A stretch of 48,751 bases of DNA, filler included, from Catajapyx aquilonaris (GCA_000934665.2; 2 parts of 2 records of this genome joined end to end with filler, not necessarily neighbours in it), one strand, 5' to 3'; shown: positions 37,246 to 48,751, counted from the whole stretch's first letter. Numbers and translations are program-made. The notes: generated by a model from the letters alone, not told the origin.

Positions 37246-38235
37246 TGAGACATGAATATAATTTCAAGGGTTCCCCCAGAGTAAAAAGGTTGCATGATTG
37301 TGATTAAAATAAGTACAGTACGGTACAGTATATCAGATGCATGGTGAGTACACCTTCGCGCCATCTCTCGCTCGAATAATGCACCATGTTGCTGTGATGG
37401 TCTAGTACACTAGTTCGTCCGTCCGTCCGCCCACACCGGAGAGGCGCTGCCTGCCAGGTCTCCCACACGAGTGACGTCACATTCCAAATTTGGGCACGAA
37501 AAAGAGATCGAGAGTAGGGCAGGCTCTGTTCGGTTGCTTCTGAAGGGTGCGGGTTGCCAGGGGAGGGAAGGAAAAAGAAGAAGCACAAGGAGAAGGTGTG
37601 CTCCTGGCTGGCTGGTGGAAGACAGATGCAGCGACACTCGTAATCGAAAAAAAAGGTTTGTTTGCTTTGAAGGGAGGGGGACCAAGCCCACCCACCCTGC
37701 TTCTGCCCACCCTCCAGAGTGAGCTAAGACAGGAAGGCGGGGGTGGCTTACTAGGAATAAAGCCAGACTTCAGACTTGGAAGGGGGGGAAAAAAGGAGGA
37801 GGAGGGTGGCAGCCCCGCCCTTGCTGGGCTGTTCGATCTGCACCATTTTGTGAGAGAGTGTGTGTGAGGACATGTGCAGGAATTTCCGATGAAGCTGACG
37901 TGAGTCAGGTTTAAATTTGGGGAGGAGTTGATAAGGGGGGGGATAATCGGAGGAGGATGTGGGGTGGCAGGATGATAAGGTGCATGGTGGGGCTGGTTGG
38001 TGCAGGTCGCTCTTGGTCAGGTGCTGTCTGAATTCATAGAGTGGATGATTGCCGATACATTGTGAGACAGGTATCACTGTACGTGTGTGAGTATGGATGT
38101 GCACTTATAGATGTACCGCAATGAGTGCTGGATGACTCAGTGTCAGTTTCGATCCCAGCAAATAGAAGTTTCCTGGCAACATGTCAGTGCTATAGAAAGA
38201 CTGTTGGTTTGGGAGCCTCAGCCCTTGCCTAATTA

Positions 38236-38396
38236 CTGTACTTGACAGCATATAAGACGCAAGGGCATATAAGACTCACCCCCATTTCAGCAGATCGTAT
38301 TCAGGGAAAATATGGTAGGCCTCACCTTCGCATATAAGATGCAGGCTGATTTTTTAAGCCATTTTTTTTGTAGAAACCGGTGTGTCTCAAACACAG
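38236..38396. mobile_element. Old pogo/Tigger-like MITE
   Basis: TA|CTGTACTTGACAGCATATAAGACGCA ... CAAACACAG|TA with repeated ATATAAGAC motifs. Confidence 0.55.
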
Positions 38397-39053
38397 TAAG
38401 TGTTAAAGAACTGCATGAATTACCATGTGCAGCAACTCGGTTGTTTCAAAATGATTTTTTTTTAAGTACCAGGTTTTGTTGACATGTCAGAAGCTACTCG
38501 TCAAATTTCCCTGGGGTTATGAGAGAGTAAATGTAATTGAGTGAGTAAGTGGAAGAAGGGCGTATCCCAATCCAACCTAACTCTTAAGCAAACCCAAGTT
38601 TTACACCGACCAATTCTTGGTAGCTTCAATTCTCATAGTTTCCAACAGCTTGTGCCAAATGGTAACTGCATTTGTATCATTGTAATATGAAAGTCTTGCA
38701 CCACAGTACGGAAAACACAAAATTACTTTTTAAAAATTTTGAACCAAAAAGAATCGCCCAATCTACCTTAATTTTCATATAATATTATTGCCATTGTGTT
38801 TTAATTTCAATATATCACACTTGCCGTTCACCAACTCACTGAATTGTTTTCAATTATTACTGACCAAAGACCATGTAAAATTGAAAAAATTTCCTAGTAG
38901 CCACCTGCACCTGTTAGTAGACTTTTTATCTGTAGGAAGTTCATTTTCTGAGTAACTTGTTTCTCAGAAGCAGGGCATTGACTCACCGAGTAATGCTGAT
39001 TTTAATAGTGGTTTGTAAAGGAAATGACCTTTCCATTCTGCAGAGAGGCAACA

Positions 39054-39444
39054 ATGCGGCAAGTATCCCTTGCACTCCTTCTGGGCCTGGCAACCCTCAC
39101 GTCCTGTCAGGTTCAGACAACACCTCAGCCCATATCGGAGCAGGTTAGCACACAGAACCCATGTTCAGCCCACCAGGTGTGCCATGAGTGTCTCCGAACC
39201 CCCACCTGCGCATGGTGCTCCCAGCCATTGTTCAACACCTCGGATGGAACCTCACTGCCAAGGTGTTACCAGCCAAACAGGCATGCACGAGACAGCTTCC
39301 CAGGCCTGCAGTGCCAAGCTGAATATGTTGTGAATGATGAGAACTTCAGAAGAACACTGAAAAATGAGGAGTTCCGGCGTGCCAGCTCTTACCAAGAGGC
39401 AGTGCAAATCAAGCCACAGCATGTCAGGTTGCGACTGCGTGTCA
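39054..39444 (+). CDS. mys: Integrin beta coding exon 1 (signal peptide, PSI)
   Basis: Acceptor TTCTGCAG|39044, ATG 39054, [19 protein letters not shown]...CAWC; donor A|GTAAGT. Confidence 0.92.
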
Positions 39445-42400
39445 GTAAGTGGTGTAATTCATTTGTAGCAAGAGCCAAGTACGCATTAAGGTGTGTTTAC
39501 ATGTGAGAGATTTGACAAGCTGAGCAAAATCTTCGCCAAGGCTGAAATAACAATTGATTTTCGCCTCAAACAATATTGGTTACTTGGGATACTCACCCTC
39601 GGCGCACCTTTAGTTCTGCAAAATTTGTGACATTAAAAAGAAGGTCAAGCGTGAATATTAATTCATCTTCATCATCTTACATGATTCACGACTTTTCCCA
39701 AAATATTGGGGTGCCAGCGGATAATGAGGAGGTCCTCGCTACCCTCACCTCACATGACCAATTTTTTAAAAAATTCTGGAGACTGGTCAGGTACTCGCAG
39801 AAATGGGGAGGATACAAAAGAGTGCAGACTGTTCGGGCTAGGCTGAATATTAATTAAGTGTTGTTAATGGTGTTTCAGTGTCTAAAGGGCATATCTTTTG
39901 CAGATGAGGCGTACAATCTGCATTTAGAGTATTCTCAGGCTCAGAATTATCCTGTGGATCTCTACTATTTGATGGACCTGTCCAAATCCATGGAAGATGA
40001 CAAGGAGAAGCTCTCGTCTCTTGGAGACCTGCTAGCACAGACTATGCAGAACATTACTTCAGACTTCAGACTGGGATTCGGAAGCTTTGTGGACAAGGTT
40101 GTCATGCCTTATGTTAGCACTGTCCCTAAAAAGTGAGTAATTTCTTATGTTATACTACCCTGAAGAGTTGATACACATATTCATATATGAATGTAACTTG
40201 TTTCACGTTATGAATCAGTGCTCGGATTGATGAACAGTTGGCAGTGCTGTTGCGCCATTAAAAGCCCAATCTGACCTGGTGGGGGAGTGGCCGCATTTTT
40301 AAAAATTTCAGCATTACATTGTGATAGGCTTGTGGACTTTGAGGGGGTCTACTTTTAAATGTTCTGACTTTATTTAACTACCGCTTCTGATTAATTGTGG
40401 GAGGAAACAGGAGAACCAATTGAAACTATTTTCCCATGAAAAAGTCCAGCTCAAAATCAAATTCAGGACCTCATGCAGAGGACTAAACCACTACACCATG
40501 GTGCCTACCTGTGGAAGGTCACTACTTGCTCACTGGCATAATTTTTAGCAAACAGAGAGTATCACCCCTATGCAGAGCTGGTGTGAGTACCACCACTGCA
40601 TTTAGGAATTGGCCAACTGGACCACTGCCCCCAAGGTCAAAAATGACTTTTCGAGCACTGATATGTATGTATGAGTACAGCAGTTATGGCAGAGGCGAAT
40701 TGAATTACTACTGAATATTGGCTTGGAAATATTCAAGAGCAATGAGTCAAATTGACAATCCCTAATGCATGACATTGAGGAGTTGACATTTCCTATGAAG
40801 TGTACATTTGCCTTCTCCCTGTAATAATTACAAAGCCTTGCACTATAGTGAAAAAAAGGTGGCATAATGCCAACGGTAACTTCCTAAAAGCCCATGATAA
40901 CAAGCCAGGGGAAGAAGTAATGTGCAATTACAGTTTGGGAAATTTTAGATTGAACCGTAAGAAATGGTTAGTGCATTGTATTAGTCAGTAAAAAGCTTCT
41001 TAACTTCATTAATGGAAGTACATAACAGGTACACCCACATCCACCCACTCACCTTCCTTGCCCTGACATACTTTGCAGGGGATGTGGTCATTGCAATTTT
41101 ATCCTTACGTCTTAATTGATAGGGAGAAGGGAAGTGCCACTGACTGCTCCTTGCCATAACTGCATGTCGAAGGCACTTGATAGAAGTAAGAGGTTTTACT
41201 TGCATTGTGAAAGAGTGCTACCATTTACATTTTGACAAGAAGAAAGCCGAGTTCAAAAAATAAGCAAGTCAATTTTCCATTGTGAAGTGATTATTACAAA
41301 TTAAATTTTTATTAACAAACGCTAATTGAAAGCTCTTTCTCCTTCTGAATTATAATAACAATAATGATAATGTAGGATTTGCAACATGTTGAATCACTGC
41401 TTGCATTTTTATGGCAATACTTCCAGTTAATTTTCATGAAGCAATCACTGTTGACCCAAACATAATGGTCTTCTGTAATTGTATATTTTTGTTTTTTTAA
41501 AAAAAGGAAAAGGGCAATGATTATGCCTAATAGTGGCTCTGATGTAATATGAGCTTGCTCTTTAATTTCCTATCCAAGGCTGAAGGAACCCTGCGATGGC
41601 TGCAAGGCACCCTACGGCTATCGTAATCACATGTCACTCAGTGTCAATACATCCCGATTTGCAGTAAGTGACAGGTTCACACCTTCACCTAATCAACTGT
41701 TTTTCACTTTTCAGCCGAACTTGGGGAAATCTTAACCTGTACCCATAACCTTCTGACCCTGATCAAACCCAAGCTTCCCAACTTGAAAACAAAAAATTGT
41801 GAAAGGAAAATCTTCAAATCAAATCTTCAATTTCTTTTTAGTCTGGAGCATCCCTGCCTGGGATGCGCTGCTCCCTACGGCTATCGTAATATTATGTCCC
41901 TAAGTCAAGATACGCATAGATTCGCTGTAAGTCAACCGAAACGTACAAACCCGCCTGTTTTTTTATTATTATTATTATTATCGTATTTTATCTCATTCCA
42001 TCTCTCGCATTGCCTGCGCCGCAAGTCCAGCCCAGCATGAAATTTTTTGGATGGACACGGAACAAAAGCCTTGTGTGTGCTCAATTGGACCTGCCCAACA
42101 GTCAGTCCTCCTCTGCACCCATCTCCCATATTGTTGCCTCCTACTCCTTGACCCACAACGGTGGTTTACATTTAAGTGCAGGTATGTCAATTGACATGAC
42201 ACCTCATGCTGCAGTGATATCTGCATTAAATTGCCTTGTTCAGGCTGGCACGCAATCATGTCACCACTCGGACACTTGAAGAGAGCAACCCAAATTTCTA
42301 GTCATGTCAGACTAATAGATATCACTGCATCAGCTGTTGGAAATCAGTTGGCATTCCTCTAATTAAAGGGATCACTAACAAATCAAGGGAAACTTAATGC

Positions 42401-45400
42401 ATCAAGTACATTTAAGTTCAATAGCTGAAACATGATATCAAAAATGTTTCGTACAGTATGGAATGCAGAACACAAAGTTTAATACTGTTATGACAGCCTC
42501 GAAATTCAGGGAGGAAAGGCGAGCGCTTGAGGACGGAGACTTTGCCCTCCCCCTCTCCACATTCCCACCAAACGTAGCATCTACTTGTGCGCCAACACCA
42601 CATGTTTTTTAAGGCTCTAACATAAGAAGCCACTTGTGCTGTGTAAACGCTGCCTGAAGCTAACCCTCCATGTTTATTTGAGTTGAGAGGGGCTCAAAGT
42701 TAAAGTTCTGTTATTTTTTATTAGTTTCATTACCAGTTCCTTGCTAGTGCTGTTTTTTGCTATTAGCAGGAAAGAATCGATTCTAACTGATGACTCGATT
42801 CTGCCTTTTGTTTAAACAAAAAATGGGGAAAAATACATTCCTCAAAAAACACTGACCAAGACCAGTGATTTTGTTGTCCTTTGTGTACGTTTGTGTTTTG
42901 TGTACTTTTGTGTCTGCATCCTGTTTTGCATGATTTATTATTATTATTTCAAGGTTATATTATGGATAATTATTATTATATTATGATTTGTTCAATGTTT
43001 CATTTGTTGAGAAACCAGGACAGGGCTACACATGCTCTTTTTTTGGCACATGAAGGGGACACAAATATAGTTTGCATTTCATTTGTGAATCTAACGGTCA
43101 ACCTCTGTGCAATTTTGTCAATCCTGTCTTGTACTTTTGCCCAATTCTAACTGGATAGGGTTATGACTGCTCAAAGTCATTAATTGCAATAATGCTCTGA
43201 AGCAAAAGAAGTGAGAGGCTCTCCGAGTCCACAAGCGAAGCTGTTGCTGCCACCTAATATTTATACATGTTTTTATCTCCCTCCCCTTGCCTTGCTGCAA
43301 CCCAAAATAGGGTGAAGTCCACAGTGCAGCTGTGTCTGGAAATTTGGATGCTCCCGAAGGTGGCTTTGATGCCATCATGCAAGCCATTGTGTGCAGGAAG
43401 GAGATTGGATGGCGGGAAAAAGCAAGGCGGCTTCTGGTGTTCTCCACTGATGCCAGCTTCCATTATGCTGGGGACGGGAAGGTGAAAGATTTAACATTTT
43501 ACCATTTTAGTACTATCCCCACCTTCCCCACCTGTTAGTGAGGGTCATATCACATTGTAATTTGCTTACAGTTGGGCGGAATAATCAAACCAAACGATGG
43601 GATATGTCACATGGCCAACCGAATGTACACACATTCAACAGAACAGGATTACCCATCTGTAGCTCAGGTATGATAACATTTTTTTTGTTTCTGTGGTGAT
43701 TCTATTTGGTACAAACACCAACTGCACTCTGTTAAGTGCACATTTGTGTCGGTATAAGTGTGGTATGTGTATTGTAAATCTAAAAGGCCACAGACCTATG
43801 TGAAGTACCCTAACCGTTATTATTTAATAGTGAAAGTAATATATGGCATTAAGGTGAATATTCATAGGAATGGTTGTTACTTTCAGGTGAACCAGAAAGT
43901 GAAGGAGAATGGGATCAACTTGATTTTTGCAGTGACAGAGGAACAGATCAACATCTACAATTATCTGAAGGAGAGCGTTGAAGGAGCATCAGCTGGACAG
44001 CTGTCTGCAGACTCCTCCAATGTCGTAGAGCTTGTCCTGGATCAGTACAATGTTAGTTGAAGCAGTAGCTGTTTTTCAGGATCTTTCCTTTAGTTTTGTG
44101 GCAGGGGAGGTCATGGCCAGAGCAAAGGGTTGTTCTTCGATTACATTGAGGCGAACTTCAATCTTATGGTGAAGTTCGGCTGAAGTTGTGATAGACGGTG
44201 CAATGAAATGTTATAATTAAATTAACCTTCTGGAACACTGTGCATTATAATTTTTGATATTCTTTTATCAAAATGGTGTATTGCTCAAACCTGACACTAA
44301 ATGTTTTTTTGCAGAAAATCACGTCAACAGTGGAGATGAAGGACACTGCATCAAGTGCAGTGAAGGTGTCGTACTTCTCTAGCTGCTTTGGTGGAGGTCC
44401 ACAGAAGCAGACCAGCAAGTGTGATGGTTTCAAGGTGGGAGATGTGATCAAATTCACCGCCAAGATTGAGGTCACAAAATGCCCTGAGAACCCTAACGAG
44501 TGGAATCAAAGATTTGAAATCTTCCCTATTGCTATCAATGAATCCCTGGTGGTCGACCTGGAGATGATCTGTGACTGTCCTTGCGAGAAGCCAAACTATC
44601 CTGTGAGTCTCATCCCAAGTTGTGAAAATTTTATTGGAATTACTTTCAGTTGCACAAAGACATGTGAGGATGCATGAAACAGTTTCAAATTATTCCTGAG
44701 CCATGTATTTCACAAGAAGAGTCCTCTGTTATGAATTGAAGCCTTTATAAGTGGATCAATTCAATGTTTCACTTGCATTAGCACATAGCATGTTATGAAA
44801 ATAACATTGATTCATATTATTTCTTGCAGGGATATGAAGCACATTCTCCAGCATGTAACTTTTATGGGTCTCTCCAATGTGGTGTGTGTGCATGTGATGC
44901 GGTGCACTTTGGCCGCCATTGTGAGTGCAACACAACTCATCCAGGTGGCGAGCAGAGCTTGGTCGAAGGTTGCCGTCCAGACAACACCAGTGAAGCAATC
45001 TGCTCAAACCGGGGCATATGTGAATGTGGGCAGTGCAAGTGCTACCCTCGCAAGCAACCATCTGAAACCGTGGATGGGCCTTTCTGTGAATGCGACAACT
45101 TCAGCTGCAACCGCAACAGGGGTCTGCTGTGTGGAGGGCGTGGCAAGTGCATCTGTGGGAAGTGCAAGTGTGACGACAGCTGGATTGGTGACGCTTGTGA
45201 GTGTTTGAACTCGACAGCTACCTGCATTGCACCAGAGACAAATCTGGAGTGTTCTGGAAAAGGGAAATGTGTTTGTGGAGCTTGTGAGTGCTTCGAAACT
45301 GATGAGGGGAGATACTCTGGAGCCTACTGTCATCTTTGCCCAGTAAGTATTTGCTGAAACACACACATGTAATGCACATCATTTGAATTAATTTAATAGT

Positions 45401-46339
45401 AAGAGAGTGTTTTTTTTAAATTAGCAATTTCTAACATTCTGCAGTTGAATATATCTGCATGTTATTGTTTTTTTTGTACATAACTACTGTGATATCTGAA
45501 AAGTTCCATGAGTGGTCAAACACTAAAGCAAAACTTACGTTTGTCATTTTAATTTTAGACATGCAAGGAGCAGTGTGACCAGCTACGTTACTGCGTACAT
45601 TGCCAACAGTTTGAGGAAAACCCTGAGAAGAACTGCAGCTTGTGCCCATTTGTACCAATCGAAGTTGATGTAATCAAAGGTAATGTTAATACTGTATCTG
45701 TTTACCTGCAGAATATTTAAGGAAATTATTGCCATTATGTTACACTATTGTACTGTTAGGGCAGTCCTCACGTGACCAGGTTGCATACCAAAAAATGTGG
45801 TTTGCAATAAATAAACACTATTTTGTGTCATATTTAACTTGCCATTATACATTCTAGTGTATAACATAGGTTACACATACTTCGCAGCTTTTGTGTAAAA
45901 ATCGAACTCATTTTACACATTACTTTGCAGAGGATGAAGGGAACAAGCAAGTGTGTTCATACATCGATGATGACAATTGCCGATACACCTTTGCCTATGC
46001 GGAAGTCCCTGGTGAGAAGATTTATGTGGAAGTGCAGAAGACAAAGGAGTGCCCTCCAGAGATCAACATTCTTGGGATTGTCCTGGGAGTGATTGCAGCC
46101 ATCGTATTGGTTGGTCTTGCCTTCCTATTACTTTGGAAGGTCCTCACCACCATACATGACCGTCGGGAATTTGCCAAGTTCGAGAAGGAGAGAATGAATG
46201 CCAAATGGGATACGGTAGGCAACAATTAATTTATATGAAACCAGATGAAACTTACGCAATTATTCTCTTCCAGGGTGAAAATCCAATCTACAAACAAGCT
46301 ACTTCTACGTTCAAGAATCCAACTTATGGTGGAAAATGA
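39054..46339 (+). CDS. mys: Integrin beta subunit, betaPS/myospheroid-like; 802 aa per isoform; join(39054..39444,39904..40132,[41579..41663 or 41842..41926],43311..43481,43572..43667,43887..44051,44315..44602,44830..45342,45559..45679,45931..46214,46274..46339)
   Basis: All introns GT-AG and phase-consistent (2409 nt). Signal peptide, PSI domain, [30 protein letters not shown], cysteine-rich I-EGF repeats, TM helix, HDRREF, NPIY and NPTY motifs. Confidence 0.95.
39663..39760 (-). repeat. Intronic retroposon 3' fragment related to 14610-14700
   Basis: Shared TTTCCCAAA...GGGGTGCCAGCGGATAATGAGGAGGTCCT next to a CAT-rich run. Confidence 0.55.
39904..40132 (+). CDS. mys: Integrin beta coding exon 2 (beta-I domain, MIDAS)
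   Basis: [20 protein letters not shown]...[19 protein letters not shown]; donor AA|GTGAGT (phase 2). Confidence 0.96.
41579..41663 (+). CDS. mys: Integrin beta alternative exon A (85 nt): (K)[28 protein letters not shown]
   Basis: TTTCCTATCCAAG| acceptor, GCA|GTAAGT donor; phase 2 to phase 0; not in the ORF track. Confidence 0.92.
41842..41926 (+). CDS. mys: Integrin beta alternative exon B (85 nt): (N)[28 protein letters not shown]
   Basis: TTTCTTTTTAG| acceptor, GCT|GTAAGT donor; same length and phases as exon A. Confidence 0.92.
43311..43481 (+). CDS. mys: Integrin beta exon (beta-I domain)
   Basis: [24 protein letters not shown]...FHYAGDGK. Confidence 0.95.
43572..43667 (+). CDS. mys: Integrin beta exon (beta-I domain)
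   Basis: [32 protein letters not shown]; not in the ORF track. Confidence 0.94.
43887..44051 (+). CDS. mys: Integrin beta exon (end of beta-I domain)
   Basis: [17 protein letters not shown]...[17 protein letters not shown]. Confidence 0.95.
44315..44602 (+). CDS. mys: Integrin beta exon (hybrid domain)
   Basis: [10 protein letters not shown]...[15 protein letters not shown]. Confidence 0.95.
44830..45342 (+). CDS. mys: Integrin beta exon (I-EGF repeats)
   Basis: [45 protein letters not shown]. Confidence 0.96.
45559..45679 (+). CDS. mys: Integrin beta exon (beta-tail domain)
   Basis: [40 protein letters not shown]; phase 0 to phase 1; not in the ORF track. Confidence 0.9.
45931..46214 (+). 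CDS. mys: Integrin beta exon (beta-tail, TM, proximal cytoplasmic tail)
   Basis: [49 protein letters not shown]. Confidence 0.96.
46274..46339 (+). CDS. mys: Integrin beta last coding exon
   Basis: [21 protein letters not shown] after a 59-nt intron. Confidence 0.95.
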   Translation, partial: GENPIYKQATSTFKNPTYGGK

Positions 46340-46737
46340 GAACTTTAATTAATCAAGTGTGGAAGTGAAATAGTCGGCAGAATATATTAATTAATATATG
46401 TGATGAATGTACTGCCAGAGAGATTGAGTCGCCCCGAGTGTGCCTTTTTAGCAACAAGGAATGACTGTAATTTTTATAACACACGAGGCTGTTAACTGCC
46501 ATGTGTACAGTGTAGTATGTGTGAGTCAAGTTCAAAGAGAACGTGTGTAGTGCACATGTTACTTACTAATCCTGTTTTACGGGACAGTTCTGCCTTACAG
46601 TGCCATTCTAAGACTTCCTCGTAACTCTTCCGTTTTTTGGAATGTAAATAATGCTAGTATTAATTTTATTAATGGTTTACATTTGCTCTGCTCTGACAAA
46701 TAGCTTTATACATTATAGTTACCTTAATGTTATTTTC

Positions 46738-47181
46738 AATAAATGAAGTGACTGTCTAGAAAATGGGGGCGTTTCATCTCTACGTAACCTTTTTCTAATC
46801 TTTTTACTCTTTATGTACTGGTACTCACTGCCTTCTGGGTCTCAACCATACCCATCTGAGGACCTGCATGATATCTTATGTAACCTTATGATTTTTATGA
46901 CTCATGATGCACATTCTTAACGTATTATTTATGTCACTGAATACTAGATGCATGATGACTTATGAAGAACATTTTGTAATCAAAGGCTGTTGGAAAACTA
47001 GCTTAGGAGGCTGTGACACTCAACCCCTTGCACATACCCAGTTATTTGTAATAAGTTTCATAGTACAGACTCACATTTTCATATGTCTAGTAGCTTGTAA
47101 TATAATAATGTAACGTTTTAGTGTTTAAAATGTGTGGCCAGTTAATTTTTGTAAGGGCTTTCCAAATAAATGATCAATAAA
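46738..47181 (+). terminator. Candidate polyadenylation signals
   Basis: AATAAA at 46738-46743, 47165-47170 and 47176-47181 in an AU-rich 3' UTR. Confidence 0.5.
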
Positions 47182-47979
47182 TGAGGTATGTACACAGTAC
47201 AGTACACTTTCCCTTCACTTGGAAGAGTCTCTTTACATAAGAATGCCTACCATGTGAAGACAATGCATATCATATTATCTGGAGACAACTTTCTAGATAT
47301 TTTTTGTGCATTTCTTTTGAATGAAATCAAAAAGCCTCGAATGTGAAATGCTAAAGTTACGCAGAGTGGACTACCTGAGAATTTTCTTCGCTTGACCATA
47401 TGAAACCACTTTTTTCTGCAGTCTGACAATAACTGCAGTAAGAGTTTGTGTACTTGGATGCATCTTGAGAGGGCAAAAACAAAGAATAAAAGGCTAGGTC
47501 TAGAAGAGCATCGATTAGTTTCTCATGAAGTTTGTGACTGAGTTTGCTGATATTGTGTGTCACCAGCATAGTAATTAGGATGTTCATTCTAAGAACACAC
47601 AGTTATGCTGTGAGGCTGACAGATCCAGGACAATCAACATTTCCAAAAAATTCACTTTAAATGCACCCAAAATAAGTTTCTTGATCATGTCGATTTCACA
47701 TCTGGTGTAGGTTCAGACGATACACAATTAAAACGTGATGTTCAACTGGGCATTTAGTATGACTGAATGTGTACTGGTTACTGCATGCTGTACAGTCAGT
47801 GTTTGGAGTGCCTGCCTTGCTAGTAGTAGTGAACATAGTGAAGGGCAGATGGCATGACTAGAGGGTGTGGGCGTGGATAGTGAAGAAGGAAGTTATCAGC
47901 TGAGTGACAGAGGCTGGTGTGTAGTTGTGCCAGACTCGAACCTAACCATCTGTTTGCCACCAACCCATATAGTCCAGGT

Positions 47980-48751
47980 GCTAAGGGACAAATTTGACCC
48001 AAACTTTGCATTTTGTGACAAAAGTATGAAACTCGGTACACTTGTCCTTTGGACACTTCTGATCATATCTGGACGTGGAGCCACGATGACCCACCCCGGT
48101 GGTGGTCCATTTCGCAGGGTTTCCATAATTACCAGATGCAGCATCCTTTTAGGACCTTGTATTGGGTGACAAAAACATTAAACTCGCCACAATTGGTCTT
48201 TGGACACTTCTGAACATGTCTGGATGTGGGGCCATGATGACTGACCCCGCTGTGGGTCACTTGCAGGGTTGCCAGATCTAACGGACCAAACATACATCTC
48301 TGCGAGGATCATGTGAATTGGGAGCTTGCATTCGGTGATAAAAACGTGAAACGCGGTACGGTAGTTCTTCGAACACATCTCAACATATCTGGACGTGGGG
48401 TCACGGTGGGTGACCCCTGGTGGCCTCGCCAGGGGTCACTATCGTGGAGTTGCCAAATCGAACATGTGTTGCACACCTTTACATGAATAAGGGCCTTGCA
48501 TTCGGTGATAAAACACTGATAAAACATGAAACTCGCCCCAATTGGTCTTCGGACTCTACTGAACATGTCTGTAAGTGAGGCCACTATGGATGACCCCGCT
48601 GGGGGTCACTCGCAGGGTTGCCAGATCTAATGGGCTCTCTAAGTAAACTATGTGAATAGGGAGCCTGCATTCGGTGACAAAGACGTGAAACTCGGTACAA
48701 TATAGTTCTTTGCACACTTCCGAACATATCTGGACGTGGGGACACGATGAC
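47980..48751 (+). repeat. Diverged 150-180-bp tandem array continuing past the window edge
   Basis: Anchor AAACTCG...GGACACTTCTGAACATATCTGGACGTGGGG at 48029, 48180, 48349, 48529 and 48688. Confidence 0.85.

Noticed and set aside
40133..43310. A third alternative exon, or a Dscam-style docking-site/selector pairing
   Set aside because: No further PC..C..PYG exon found by eye; long-range complementarities seen (for example ~41077 with ~42556) are too short to exceed chance.
44756..45366. Overlapping alternative-frame and antisense ORFs over the EGF exon
   Set aside because: Shadows of the cysteine-rich coding exon.

Overview
Animal, most likely arthropod, nuclear DNA with two assembly gaps (3869-3933 and 24342-24441). 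The right third holds one complete spliced gene on the + strand: an integrin beta subunit of the betaPS/myospheroid type, CDS 39054..46339. I can assemble it by hand from GT-AG exons into an 802-aa protein. It carries two tandem 85-nt exons (41579-41663 and 41842-41926) that must be mutually exclusive and encode alternative versions of the ligand-specificity loop. One of the two is absent from the ORF track. The left ~30 kb has no host gene. It is a dense, often nested set of transposable elements: hAT, Tc1/mariner, piggyBac-like and Kolobok-like MITEs (many fully palindromic), several tRNA-derived SINEs, two decayed LINEs, an intron-containing Merlin (IS1595-like) transposon pseudogene and a Charlie-type hAT transposase relic. 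Nearly all other ORFs in the track are spurious. I see no wholly new system that I can prove. The best leads are the alternative exon cassette and its possible exclusion mechanism, a 3' stem-loop shared between SINE families and a LINE, an unclassified CAAGGG/TGA-TSD MITE, the intron-bearing Merlin, and repeated insertion of elements into hairpin tips.
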